Origin: a virus
Virus record (IMG/VR): IMGVR_UViG_3300009093_000003
Location: 10,714-74,713 of that record
Length of the DNA: 64,000 bases
Direction: 5' to 3' (one strand)
Made by a program: the position numbers and the translations under genes. This document shows positions 26,419 through 36,340 of this stretch, piece after piece (position 1 is the stretch's first letter; every line of letters starts with the position of its first letter). Below the pieces are notes generated by a model. The model was not told the origin of the DNA and did no database searches. It was given only the letters and a program-made list of their open reading frames with translations.

Positions 26419-29400
26419 TCACATTGTAAGGCAAATAATTTGTATTGTTGTCGGGTCGTTAACCGTTCCAGTAAAAGTAAGAAAATAGTCGTTCGGGCCG
26501 GTATATAAAACTGAACTAACCTGTACACCGCCAACGAATAGCGCTAAATACGTGTGTCCAGGGAAAGACGGTGTGCCAGTACCGGTTACCTTTACGGTTA
26601 ACCCTGCTCCGCCTGTGGTTGTATATGCAGCATAAATACGCTGCCCGTTGCTCATAGGGAAGCCTGCAAATACCGGTGTGCCCGAACAGGTGCCGTTGGC
26701 TACCGCCGAAATACCAACGTTGTACTGGCTGTAGATACTGTAGTTACCTGCCGCAGCCGCTAAGGTTGTCGCCGTAAACGTCCCGGTTTGCGCACCTATG
26801 GTCAATGTTGTGCTTACCGAGGTTGAATTGCTTGCACTGGTGGTAAGCCGCACCTGTATACTGTCCCCGGCTACCGTTGTGCCGGCCGCGCTTGTCCATG
26901 CACCACCATTGATGCTGTATTGTCCGCTGCCGCCCGATATGCTAATCGGTACAGCAATATTCGGCCCCGATACCGTCACGTTGTTGATACTTGGCTCCAC
27001 GGTATTCAATGGCTGCCCTGTGATCGCTATGAAGCTAAAAGGATTTACCGTTGTATCACCCGCTATCCAGTTTAAACAATTGTTGATTGTGGTTAACGAG
27101 CCGCCAGGGGGAGTGAAACTAAACATCGCTGTATCGCCGCCGCTATAGCCCGGCGTTGGGGTATAGGTAACAACCCCGGTAGCGCCGTTATAGCTTGCGG
27201 TGCAATGCGCACCGTTAGGCGTAGCCGAAACATCGCCGGGGGTAATGACATAGCTATTAAATGGGTTCCAATCGGCCAGCGTGAACGGGAAAAAGAAAAG
27301 TTGTCCACCGTCTGCCTCAATGGTTAATACCGCTTCTTCGTAATAATCACTATAGTAAAAATTTATACGTTTTCCCTGTGAGTACGCCAGTTGCAATAGG
27401 TTCTGAAAAAACTTCGTCATTTTACCGCTTATCGGCTCTATCCGGCCTGCAACAATACGGTAAGGCAATGATTTATTAGGGTCAATAAAATACATGGTAC
27501 TATATCGCCTGCAATATGCCTTTGTTAAGCCTATGCCAACGTTTTCGTTATCGTACCGCCCGTTATTAAGCAATATTGAACTTATGGACTGGCCTGTAAG
27601 TTCATCGTTCAATACCGTATACGCTTCATTAACCGGTATCCTGAAAACGCCTAATTCCTGCAATACCCATAGTTCCTGCCCCACTTGGTCCATAATTTGA
27701 ATACCGCCCTTGCTTGATGATGTTTGCCCGTTATTGTTGCCGTAAATATGCGCGGGATAAGCCCTGTTTAGCCCGTTTATGCGGCTCCCCAAAACATATG
27801 GCTGCCCGGTAATTATCAGCGCCTGTTGCTCGCTTTGCTCAAGCACATCATAATAGGTTCGTACCCGCCCATAGGAATGATAGTTCGATTGGTAAAAGTC
27901 ACTGTAATTTAAGTCTGTTGCCAAAACGCCTATCGGTGGATTTGTATATGGCTTTATCGGGTCAGGGAACTGCCTGGTCTTATAATAAGCGCCTACGCTA
28001 ATATTAAATGCAGTTTGGGTAATTACGCCGTTTACAACCGGTATCGGTTCACCGATCTCAAACCACTCTGTGGTGTTAAGCGCAGTGCTTGCCGTGGCTG
28101 ATTGCGGCGCAAGGGAATAAAGCCGCATAAATATTGCCCGGCCATCGATCTGAAAACCGTTGTAATAAATATGCCCGTTGTTAAATGTGAACGCTGCTGA
28201 ATTTTCAACCTTTACCAAATAAGTCCCGGCATCATAGCCTAAAACGGCTAAGTCAACACACGGCTGATTGAAAAAGTTGTTCCCATTGGTTACTAAGGAT
28301 ACGATTGTTAATGACCATCCGGTGCCGCCTGTTACCGTTCCTGTGAGCACATCACCCACGGTATAGCCACTCCCAGCGGTGGTTATCACAACGCCTGTTA
28401 CAACGTTCCCGGCCACTGTTACCGTGCCTATCGCGCCAGTCCCGGTACCGCCTGTCAATGATACGTTAGTGTATGTTCCATTAGTGTATCCGGTTCCGGG
28501 TGTAATGCTAAAGGTATTTACAGCGCCGATAGATGCGATCCAGTAATGCAGCGTACACCTGTCGCCAGGCGCAAAGTCATACACCAAATTGGTGCTTACT
28601 CCCTGCTGTGAATATTCGGCGTTTAATAGCGATAATGAGTTGAGGCTAAAAACCAGTATGCCGCCCTCTGCCGTAGCAAGATTGCCGAATGTCTTTGGTA
28701 GGACAGCGTAGTATTGCCCCGCTTCCGCACCTCCGGTAGTCCCGCCCACATTGGTAATGTAGTCACCCGTATTATAGGTATCATTATGCCCAAGGTTAGT
28801 GTAATCCGCTCCGGCCACGACAAGGTTTGCCGGGCTTGCCGGGGTTGTTATTTGGTAGGTGTCGCCAATGTTCCCGCTATTTATAGCCAAACCGGGGCTA
28901 TTGGTACGCGCATCCCAGCTGCCCTTAAATGTTACCAGGGTAGAGATAACATCCAAAACCTTCAATACGTTTGGCTTAGTAACCATTATCTGCCCGAAAG
29001 CCGCGCCTGCCGGGGCTGCTGTTGTATTTATAGTAAAGTTTAGTTGTGTGGCATTACCGTTCTGCTGCGCGTATGAGGGTAATGTAACTATATTGCTGTT
29101 GTCTGTTGTTACCGGCATTGGCCTCATCTTATAGTCGAACCAGCCTATTGCCGTTTGTACCGAGCAATTGTCAAGCATGGTCGGTATGGAGTTGGCTACC
29201 GAAGCACCGGCGAAATAAAGTTCTACCGAAAAGGTTTGCAACCCGAAATATGGTGCATCCGTCCAAAATATCTGGTAGCCCCCGCCCGGCGCTGTTTGAT
29301 AACTACCGCTCAATGTTTCTGCAATAGAGGTCACCACGGCCAGTAAATTGCCATCCTGCGCTATCGGTACAGTATATGAAAAATTTCTTATGGAGCTTGC

Positions 29401-30714
29401 GTTTCTGATGTCTGCATCAATAATAACCACCACGTCATTTGTATGCGGCGTACCCGTTAAAATTATCCACATATTCCTGCGATGGTTCCCGGCGCCGCTA
29501 CCTGATGCACCGGGGAATGATGGGCCTGCCGTCAGCGGATCGGGATAGGTATTTGCCGGGATAGCAATATTCGGATTATAGCCAACACCGGCCACGGTAA
29601 CAGGCGTAACGGGGCGTGGATAAAGCATTTTCCAGTCGCCCAAAGCCGGGATATTGCCGTTAAGCAGCGCCCCCGCGTTCGCCGGCCATATCACATCATA
29701 AAGCAGGTCGGTAAAATTACTGTCAACCGGTATGGTAACAGTATTGTTGTAAAACGTAAAATAATAGGTACTTGTGCCGGGGTCGTATGCCTCGTGTATT
29801 TCTGTAGATACGTCAACCTGCGTATTAGGCAATGATTTTATGTAAGCAACATCAACCGATTTTATGATTTGGAACTGGCCGCTGTCATCAAACTGCATAG
29901 CAACGTTAATGGTTACCAACCGGGTTGACCAAAGTTGAACGGCTACCACGATGTAATTATTTTGCGATACCGCCGCGCCAAGCGTTGGGGTATTTTCCTG
30001 GTATGGCGTAAACCGCTTGCCGCGCGTGCCCGGCGCTGAATAGTTAAAGTCAGCATTTATTCCATAAACTAAAAACTGCGGTAGCTTTGAAAAAAGCAGG
30101 TTTGCGGGTTGCCCCAGGTCGCTGCCGTAACCGGATGTAATCACGTCAGGGCTTGTGGCATTGGGAACAGGCACAATAGGTGCCATATTCTGCGGTTTTA
30201 ACAGTGATAAATCTTCCCATATCACTGTCGGGCCATAATCACCTGCAGCCAGCGTTTGCAAGTTGCAATAACCCACTTCAAGGTCTTTAGCCCACCATAT
30301 CAAATAAGTTTTATTGATTAAAATTGCTGTTACCTGGTTCTGCGGGTTGAGTGGTAATAATGTTGCGCCACCGCTATCGGTAATATCGGTGTAAATAACG
30401 CTGTAGGTATTGGTTGCGTTGCTGTAAAGGATTATTTGGCAGTTCCCGGCACTGTTGTAACGAAAACCAACAATTTCTCCAACGTCATCAAATTTTCCGC
30501 CGCCAATGACCGAATTTATGCCGGGAAGTAAAGATCCGGAAAGTTCAATGGTTGATTCAATATTTGTGTCGTAGCCTAACTCTTGGCCTTTCGTCCCTAC
30601 GTTTCTCAAATTGACACGACTGACGGCATCGCGCGGGTCGATGTCTTCAAATGCACTTTCGGTGTCCATGCCACCGGCATTTCCAGTTCGCTTGTAATTG
30701 TCGGTTTGAGCCAA
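26419..30714 (-). CDS. tail nozzle/stabilization protein (P22 gp10-like), N-terminal part with inserted beta domains
   Basis: GGMDTE...NLR start; INGLNR, GGIQIM, LWVLQE, YFIDP propeller motifs; 1431 aa. Confidence 0.75.
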   Translation of the reverse strand: MAQTDNYKRTGNAGGMDTESAFEDIDPRDAVSRVNLRNVGTKGQELGYDTNIESTIELSGSLLPGINSVIGGGKFDDVGEIVGFRYNSAGNCQIILYSNATNTYSVIYTDITDSGGATLLPLNPQNQVTAILINKTYLIWWAKDLEVGYCNLQTLAAGDYGPTVIWEDLSLLKPQNMAPIVPVPNATSPDVITSGYGSDLGQPANLLFSKLPQFLVYGINADFNYSAPGTRGKRFTPYQENTPTLGAAVSQNNYIVVAVQLWSTRLVTINVAMQFDDSGQFQIIKSVDVAYIKSLPNTQVDVSTEIHEAYDPGTSTYYFTFYNNTVTIPVDSNFTDLLYDVIWPANAGALLNGNIPALGDWKMLYPRPVTPVTVAGVGYNPNIAIPANTYPDPLTAGPSFPGASGSGAGNHRRNMWIILTGTPHTNDVVVIIDADIRNASSIRNFSYTVPIAQDGNLLAVVTSIAETLSGSYQTAPGGGYQIFWTDAPYFGLQTFSVELYFAGASVANSIPTMLDNCSVQTAIGWFDYKMRPMPVTTDNSNIVTLPSYAQQNGNATQLNFTINTTAAPAGAAFGQIMVTKPNVLKVLDVISTLVTFKGSWDARTNSPGLAINSGNIGDTYQITTPASPANLVVAGADYTNLGHNDTYNTGDYITNVGGTTGGAEAGQYYAVLPKTFGNLATAEGGILVFSLNSLSLLNAEYSQQGVSTNLVYDFAPGDRCTLHYWIASIGAVNTFSITPGTGYTNGTYTNVSLTGGTGTGAIGTVTVAGNVVTGVVITTAGSGYTVGDVLTGTVTGGTGWSLTIVSLVTNGNNFFNQPCVDLAVLGYDAGTYLVKVENSAAFTFNNGHIYYNGFQIDGRAIFMRLYSLAPQSATASTALNTTEWFEIGEPIPVVNGVITQTAFNISVGAYYKTRQFPDPIKPYTNPPIGVLATDLNYSDFYQSNYHSYGRVRTYYDVLEQSEQQALIITGQPYVLGSRINGLNRAYPAHIYGNNNGQTSSSKGGIQIMDQVGQELWVLQELGVFRIPVNEAYTVLNDELTGQSISSILLNNGRYDNENVGIGLTKAYCRRYSTMYFIDPNKSLPYRIVAGRIEPISGKMTKFFQNLLQLAYSQGKRINFYYSDYYEEAVLTIEADGGQLFFFPFTLADWNPFNSYVITPGDVSATPNGAHCTASYNGATGVVTYTPTPGYSGGDTAMFSFTPPGGSLTTINNCLNWIAGDTTVNPFSFIAITGQPLNTVEPSINNVTVSGPNIAVPISISGGSGQYSINGGAWTSAAGTTVAGDSIQVRLTTSASNSTSVSTTLTIGAQTGTFTATTLAAAAGNYSIYSQYNVGISAVANGTCSGTPVFAGFPMSNGQRIYAAYTTTGGAGLTVKVTGTGTPSFPGHTYLALFVGGVQVSSVLYTGPNDYFLTFTGTVNDPTTIQIICLTM

Positions 30715-30772
30715 TTTATTTTTTATTATATTTGTGGACTTTTGTATTTCATTTTAATACTTAGTGTTGTAT

Positions 30773-30806
30773 AAAAAGCCCGATTTGCGAGAAAGAGGGC
30801 TTTTTT
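30773..30806. terminator. bidirectional intrinsic terminator inside the tail operon
   Basis: AAAAAGCCC...GGGCTTTTTT. Confidence 0.65.
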
Positions 30807-31579
30807 TATGCCCTTGCTACTAATTTGGTATGGTATCGAAAAACTTTTTCCATTTCTGAAATCCTAACGGGATTTAGCCTTAATTTTGCCATTTTCTTCT
30901 CACGTGCGAAATCCAATCGCAACCTCTCTTTTTCACCACCACTAACACCCTTTTTGTCGATGTTATCTTTCCACCGTAGCCATGCCATAAAAGCATCGGC
31001 GGCAAAAGTATGTATCATATACTGATTACAGTCACAGTCAAAGCCATTGGTCAAATACTCCACTAAAATACTATCGAACGGGAAGCCGGGATTAATAAGA
31101 AAACACCTTGCATTATCGTCAACGCTAAACTCACCGTAGCGCGGTGCGCCGCCGCCAAAACCATACAAATGATAATATTCGCTCCCATCCTGGTAGTTGA
31201 GCCAAAACAAAGGCCATCCGGGCGCGCTTAATTGATCGATAAAGCCGGGAATGGTAGGTACACCCACCTGGCTATTTTGAGAGGCTATAAACGCCTGTTT
31301 TATGGGTATAATATCCTCATTGTGCCATAGTGGTCCACCTTCGCCACACTCGTTGACAATGCCAACCATTGCATAATCCAAATAATCTGATGGAAAAGGA
31401 ACTGTACCGTTAGAGTTTATTTGGAGCAATTGAGTACGAAACGAGCCAGTAACATCCATCTGAAATTTGCGCATACCCTGTAAACGTGCAATATTATACA
31501 GGCGGATAAAACGATCAGAACCTTCGTCTTTTGAGCCCAAATACTCCATTACCAATTGCTTAACGCTGATTTTACTCAT
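30806..31579 (-). CDS. tail ring/tubular protein
   Basis: PFPSDYLDY motif, ILVEYLTNG and YMIHTFAADAF resemble crAss-like ring proteins. Confidence 0.7.
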   Translation of the reverse strand: MSKISVKQLVMEYLGSKDEGSDRFIRLYNIARLQGMRKFQMDVTGSFRTQLLQINSNGTVPFPSDYLDYAMVGIVNECGEGGPLWHNEDIIPIKQAFIASQNSQVGVPTIPGFIDQLSAPGWPLFWLNYQDGSEYYHLYGFGGGAPRYGEFSVDDNARCFLINPGFPFDSILVEYLTNGFDCDCNQYMIHTFAADAFMAWLRWKDNIDKKGVSGGEKERLRLDFAREKKMAKLRLNPVRISEMEKVFRYHTKLVARA

Positions 31580-32220
31580 GATACTGGCTCCCCTGTTGAA
31601 ATATTTTGTTGTTGTATCTTGTAATCCATTGCAAGTTCATTAAGGAGTTCAAGCATAATATCATCCTGTACGTCCTTTGGAACGTTTAGCACACTGTCAA
31701 GTATAGTCGTTCCCGGTGGGACTGCACCGACTAACTTCATATTTACCGGCCCAGTTATAATCGACGGTAAGTTTTCAAAAACGATATTGCCATTTTCAAC
31801 TTTAAAAAGCTGTATCCCCTCTTGCGCCGGGATTGGTGGCAATCCATTTTGCATAAACTCATACCGATTGCTCATCGGCACACACCACACGTTAGGATAG
31901 CCCGTAAATGATATTTGCGCTATTTCCCGCCCTAATGGTAGCCCGGCTGGCGTGGCCGGCATAACAGCGTATTTGTTCCCCGTGGAACTATCGGTGAGCA
32001 ATGGGCAGTTGTTGAAAACACTTATAAATTGGTCATTCGCGTAGGTGGCCTCTGATAAATTTGAATTGCCATAGGCTGATTTTACCGCTGCTTTAGCAAC
32101 CTTCATCGCTGTGCGTTCGGCAATAAAACGCTCACTTATTCCCGATTCTGCCGTGGGATAAGCATCGTAATGCGCCTTTATGACGATCTGGCTAAACTTA
32201 CGGTAGGTTACTTGTGCCAT
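31576..32220 (-). CDS. tail ring protein
   Basis: Position and size; KYAVMPATP motif. Confidence 0.6.
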   Translation of the reverse strand: MAQVTYRKFSQIVIKAHYDAYPTAESGISERFIAERTAMKVAKAAVKSAYGNSNLSEATYANDQFISVFNNCPLLTDSSTGNKYAVMPATPAGLPLGREIAQISFTGYPNVWCVPMSNRYEFMQNGLPPIPAQEGIQLFKVENGNIVFENLPSIITGPVNMKLVGAVPPGTTILDSVLNVPKDVQDDIMLELLNELAMDYKIQQQNISTGEPVS

Positions 32221-33389
32221 TATTGTTGTGTTTGTGCTGATTTTTCAGCGAAACTCGTTAATTCCTTATCACGCGCCGAAATTGCGGCATCGGCAAGCGC
32301 TATATCAATAATTGTACTGATATCATCATTATTCCACTTTGGCTGCACTGACGTGTTCGGGTCATATATCGGTCTTATTGAACCAGGCACAAGGCTTGAC
32401 ACAGTTATTGAAAAGCCTGAACCAGTCCCGCCAATATTGCCGTTTGAGGCTGATAAAGTGTCCCCGTTTTTATAAATCTTTCCCGGATTGGTAAGCGTAA
32501 CGCTTGTTACCGCATTGCCCGAAACTACGATTGTTGCCAATGCGCCATTCCCGGCGCCGCCAGTTAACGGAACGTTAGTGTATGTACCATTAGTGTACAA
32601 ACTGCCGCCTACAAGCCCGGTCAGTGTTGCAATATAGCCGTTTAGTGTGTAGCCCCAAAAAGACCAAACCGGCTGCTGCAAGTAAACCATTTTTACCACA
32701 CCAACATTTATGGGGTAAAAACCAAAATAATCGGCATATTGCGTATAAATGGCAAATTCCTGCGTTGGCGGTTCAAACTCGCTTGAAAGATGCTTGGCAA
32801 TTTTATTCTTTTCTACACGCTCTATGGCTTTATCGGTTGTGCTATTCAGTGTATTAACCACCAATCCCCACCCGGTGCCGGTCAAACCTAACGTAGCCTG
32901 TAATGCGTCTGTAATGGCATATCCTGTCCCTAACTTAGTAAATATCACCGTTGTCACCGCGCCATCTGCCACAATAACGTTAGCTACCGCCCCGGTGCCT
33001 GTTCCGCCATCAAGTTCAACATCGGTATAAGTGCCGTCAGTATAACCGCTGCCTGGTACAATGGTTATGGTGCCTATTACGCCAGTATCGGGTTGCGGGA
33101 GATAAGAACTTAGGCTATCCACATGAAGCAAATTCATGTCTGTAAAAAATGGCAGTTTCCCCGTAGCGTCAACCTGTAGCCAAAGCGGATCACTCATCCA
33201 CTTGCTGATACTGTCGCTTATTGTTTGCTTGCGGTAGTACTCATCATACCGGGTATTGAAAAACTTTAATTCAGCGCTCTGCCAAAACCTATTGAATTTA
33301 TCAGGCGTTACGTTTGACGACACGCCGCGCGTCCCCGCCCGGTCGTTAAAAAGTTTTTTGGCGTCATCAATGTTGTATTGCACTGGCAT
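32220..33389 (-). CDS. head-tail adaptor/ring protein with two inserted Gly/Thr beta modules
   Basis: VTPDKFNRFWQSAELKFF, YLQQPVWSFWGY motifs; probable ATG 33389. Confidence 0.7.
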   Translation of the reverse strand: MPVQYNIDDAKKLFNDRAGTRGVSSNVTPDKFNRFWQSAELKFFNTRYDEYYRKQTISDSISKWMSDPLWLQVDATGKLPFFTDMNLLHVDSLSSYLPQPDTGVIGTITIVPGSGYTDGTYTDVELDGGTGTGAVANVIVADGAVTTVIFTKLGTGYAITDALQATLGLTGTGWGLVVNTLNSTTDKAIERVEKNKIAKHLSSEFEPPTQEFAIYTQYADYFGFYPINVGVVKMVYLQQPVWSFWGYTLNGYIATLTGLVGGSLYTNGTYTNVPLTGGAGNGALATIVVSGNAVTSVTLTNPGKIYKNGDTLSASNGNIGGTGSGFSITVSSLVPGSIRPIYDPNTSVQPKWNNDDISTIIDIALADAAISARDKELTSFAEKSAQTQQ

Positions 33390-33486
33390 GCTCAAAGATA
33401 TAAAATAAAATTATTGATTTTGTCAAAATAAAAGAGGGGGCAACCAACCCCCTCTCAACCAATTTATAAACCTAAATTATGAACAT

Positions 33487-33792
33487 TTAATACAATCCTG
33501 CTTCGGTGTCAAGTTGCTTTTCGTATACCGGGTCGATACCAACCCGCACCTTCAACTTTTTGTACGCCGATAACAATTGGTCATACTTCGCTTGTGTTAC
33601 CGTCACTGGCGGTTCTTCCGTTGACGCTTGTTCTGCGGGTGGCGCTGGAGGTTCGGGTGTTTCTTCAACGGGTGTGTCAACTACCGGCGTTTCAACCGGG
33701 TCCTGCGCCAACGTTTCGTCAACAACCGCTGGTTGCTCCGGTGCTACATATCCCGGATCTCCGGGCAATAAATTTCCTTGTTCGTCTGGCAT
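33487..33792 (-). CDS. acidic Pro/Glu-rich protein
   Basis: Low-complexity N-half, helical C-terminus; followed by a terminator at ~33430-33456. Confidence 0.65.
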   Translation of the reverse strand: MPDEQGNLLPGDPGYVAPEQPAVVDETLAQDPVETPVVDTPVEETPEPPAPPAEQASTEEPPVTVTQAKYDQLLSAYKKLKVRVGIDPVYEKQLDTEAGLY

Positions 33793-33800
33793 GGCTTTTA

Positions 33801-34916
33801 TTATTTAATTTCTGTTTCCAATTGTTCCAATAACTCCAACACCACCTTTTCCTTGTCAATAGCCCTGGAGGCTATCTCATCGGCAACCGATATTTTGCCT
33901 TCAAGCTCAAAAATAGGCGCTTCCAACTTTGCCCAGCTTAACTTGCCGGGATATTGCTCTGTCGATAATATCCCGCGTAACAAGCCCTGATTTACCAAAT
34001 ACTTGATTTTGGTAGTCGGGTTGTTGATGATCGCGGCAAACTGCTGCAACGCCTCTTTCGCCTTAGCATTGCGCGGGTCGTACTTGGCTTTGGCAAGAAA
34101 AGCATATTTTATCCTGTTTAAGCCTGCCGGGGTGGTATCATCGATGTTTATACCCATCAGTGACGATACGGCAAGCATTTCGGTAACAGTGCAATTTCTT
34201 GCCTGTGTCATTGTCCTGTACGCAATATCATCAATGTCGTTGCCTTCCTCAATAATAACATCCGGGTTATTGAGTTTAAAGCATTCGATAGGCGGGCGCC
34301 TTGTGCGTGGCTTAGGATTGTCAATATTGTAGTCGGAAAGGGTCAGCGCCTGTATGGTCAGTTGCCCGTTAGCGTCGCCGCGAACAAGCAATTTGCCGTC
34401 CTTAAATTCAAGGTCGTTCCCGGCATCGCCGAGCATCCGGTCAATTTCTTCTTTTTCGTAGTCCTTCAATTCGGGCTGTTCGCTTACAAAGCAACCGGGT
34501 TGCCCCTGTATGTATCGCCATTTCTCCCAATCGCCTTTGCCGCCTTTCGCTGCGGGGTTCCAGGAAATGCCCTGGTTAGGGAATGAGGTTGAAGCCCGGT
34601 ACCCGGTGCCAATAGGCAGCCCGGTGGCTTTATCTACCGGCCTGTTGTTGTTTCGTATTTCTTCGGGGATATTGAGCTCAAACTCATAAAGTTTATCCTC
34701 TTGTACTACGATCTGGCCTTTCTTCGGGCGGTACGGGGCAATTTCTGCTACTGTGGCTTCCATATTTTTTTTTATTGGTTGTTGTACTTGTGGCTGGTGC
34801 ATCGGCGGCGTTGGTGCGACTGGCGTTGCTACAATGCCCTTACGCTGCTCTGCCATTCTCGCATAATGCGCCAACTGCTTTTCAGACGGTGCTTTTTTTT
34901 CTTTTGTTGCTGGCAT
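33801..34916 (-). CDS. conserved post-capsid protein (crAss gene-75-like position)
   Basis: RYIQGQP.FVSEQ and FKDGKLLV motifs; position after the capsid gene. Confidence 0.65.
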   Translation of the reverse strand: MPATKEKKAPSEKQLAHYARMAEQRKGIVATPVAPTPPMHQPQVQQPIKKNMEATVAEIAPYRPKKGQIVVQEDKLYEFELNIPEEIRNNNRPVDKATGLPIGTGYRASTSFPNQGISWNPAAKGGKGDWEKWRYIQGQPGCFVSEQPELKDYEKEEIDRMLGDAGNDLEFKDGKLLVRGDANGQLTIQALTLSDYNIDNPKPRTRRPPIECFKLNNPDVIIEEGNDIDDIAYRTMTQARNCTVTEMLAVSSLMGINIDDTTPAGLNRIKYAFLAKAKYDPRNAKAKEALQQFAAIINNPTTKIKYLVNQGLLRGILSTEQYPGKLSWAKLEAPIFELEGKISVADEIASRAIDKEKVVLELLEQLETEIK

Positions 34917-34928
34917 ATTATTTTATTA

Positions 34929-34958
34929 AGCTGCCCCCGCTATAATCGGGGGCAGCTA
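34929..34958 (-). terminator. terminator after the major capsid gene
   Basis: AGCTGCCCCCG-ctataat-CGGGGGCAGCT stem. Confidence 0.75.
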
Positions 34959-34968
34959 TTTTTTGTTA

Positions 34969-36315
34969 CTAACCTTTTTTGATATAAATACCCTGGTTTG
35001 CTCCCTGAAAGGTCAGGCCGGGGTACTCAATCTGTGCGGTGTTTTTCTGCATTGTGCCGGTTTTACCGTTTGCAGAAAGCGCGCCGAACTCCCATGCGTA
35101 CACCATTTGTCCTTCGATCAACTGGAAACGTTTGATAAGCTGCGGCATATCGTTCTTCGACATATCCCCGCTAAGGTCGCGCTTCCCGGTCGGCAGGATA
35201 TAACCCGAATTTTGGTTCAGGTTGCCGGCCGCTACCGCGCCGTACATGGTTTCGTCTGAAATCGGTACGTACTTGGTAACAGAAAACTCGCGGAACATCG
35301 GGGTGTACTTTTTAAAGCCCCGGCGCAGGTCGCTCATATCATACACAATAGCGCCGTTGATGAACTCGTTACCCAACGAAAGGTTAAAGTCACCGTTTTG
35401 GTAAGTGTCCTGCAGCCAGTCCATGCTCATCGGCGCGCCCTGCGCGGATAGTTTACGCTCAATGTCAAAAAAGGTGGACTGCACGTTGAACGACGGGTAA
35501 GTGATATTGATACCGTAGTTCTGTATCCATTGCTTTAAGCCCAGTGTACCGCTATCGGCGGTCATGTTGGTGGCAAGGTTTGAATCCAGCAGCAGCAATT
35601 CGGCTTCCTGTATCCAGCGGTCACGGTCGTTTCTTTTCATCATAGCCATATAATATTGTTGGCCGTTAAAAATAAGGTCGGTTTTCTCGATCATCGCCAG
35701 GTCGGTGATGATGTTGTCAATACGGTGCTGTGTACAGTAATTGATGTATTTGGCAATGTTACGCACCTGCGGGGTGGTGGGTGTTGATGCTTCGCCCAAA
35801 TACTTATACCCACGCGATTGCAGTTCCTGCCCGGCAAGCCCGGCAACATCTGTACCGGCAACGGTAGGGGCAATCACAAAACTAAAGTTAAAAGGCGTAT
35901 TGGTATTTACCGAAACAACGTAAGATTCAACGCCGGTTTGCGCATTGTACATCACAAGGCCGGGTGCTGGTATCATACGCGTGCCGTTGGCAGAGTATGA
36001 GCCGGTGGTGATATTTACGGTCGCGGTAGTATTAACGCCGCTTGATGTAAAGTTGGCAGAGGCGGTCACGTAACCTAATGCGCGGCCAAAATCCTCGTAG
36101 TGATAAAATTGTTTGTTGGTTGTCTCTTTGGACTTGATCCTCAACTTGCCGCCGCCCAACTGGACAAGCAGCATATAGGGGTTCCAACCGAACTTCTGAA
36201 AAAACTCCAGGTGGTTGGTTACATTGATGATATTTAACTCACTGATAAGGGTACTGCCCCTGGTTATATCCGGGGTTGAGTAGCCGTTGGGAGTGGTTAC
36301 CGGTACGTTTGGCAT
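34969..36315 (-). CDS. major capsid protein
   Basis: 448 aa after scaffold; GTLGLKQWI motif, EAELLLL helix; higher GC3 codon usage; strong downstream hairpin. Confidence 0.85.
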   Translation of the reverse strand: MPNVPVTTPNGYSTPDITRGSTLISELNIINVTNHLEFFQKFGWNPYMLLVQLGGGKLRIKSKETTNKQFYHYEDFGRALGYVTASANFTSSGVNTTATVNITTGSYSANGTRMIPAPGLVMYNAQTGVESYVVSVNTNTPFNFSFVIAPTVAGTDVAGLAGQELQSRGYKYLGEASTPTTPQVRNIAKYINYCTQHRIDNIITDLAMIEKTDLIFNGQQYYMAMMKRNDRDRWIQEAELLLLDSNLATNMTADSGTLGLKQWIQNYGINITYPSFNVQSTFFDIERKLSAQGAPMSMDWLQDTYQNGDFNLSLGNEFINGAIVYDMSDLRRGFKKYTPMFREFSVTKYVPISDETMYGAVAAGNLNQNSGYILPTGKRDLSGDMSKNDMPQLIKRFQLIEGQMVYAWEFGALSANGKTGTMQKNTAQIEYPGLTFQGANQGIYIKKG

Positions 36316-36340
36316 GACTTTAATTTTTTAAATAAGTGAT

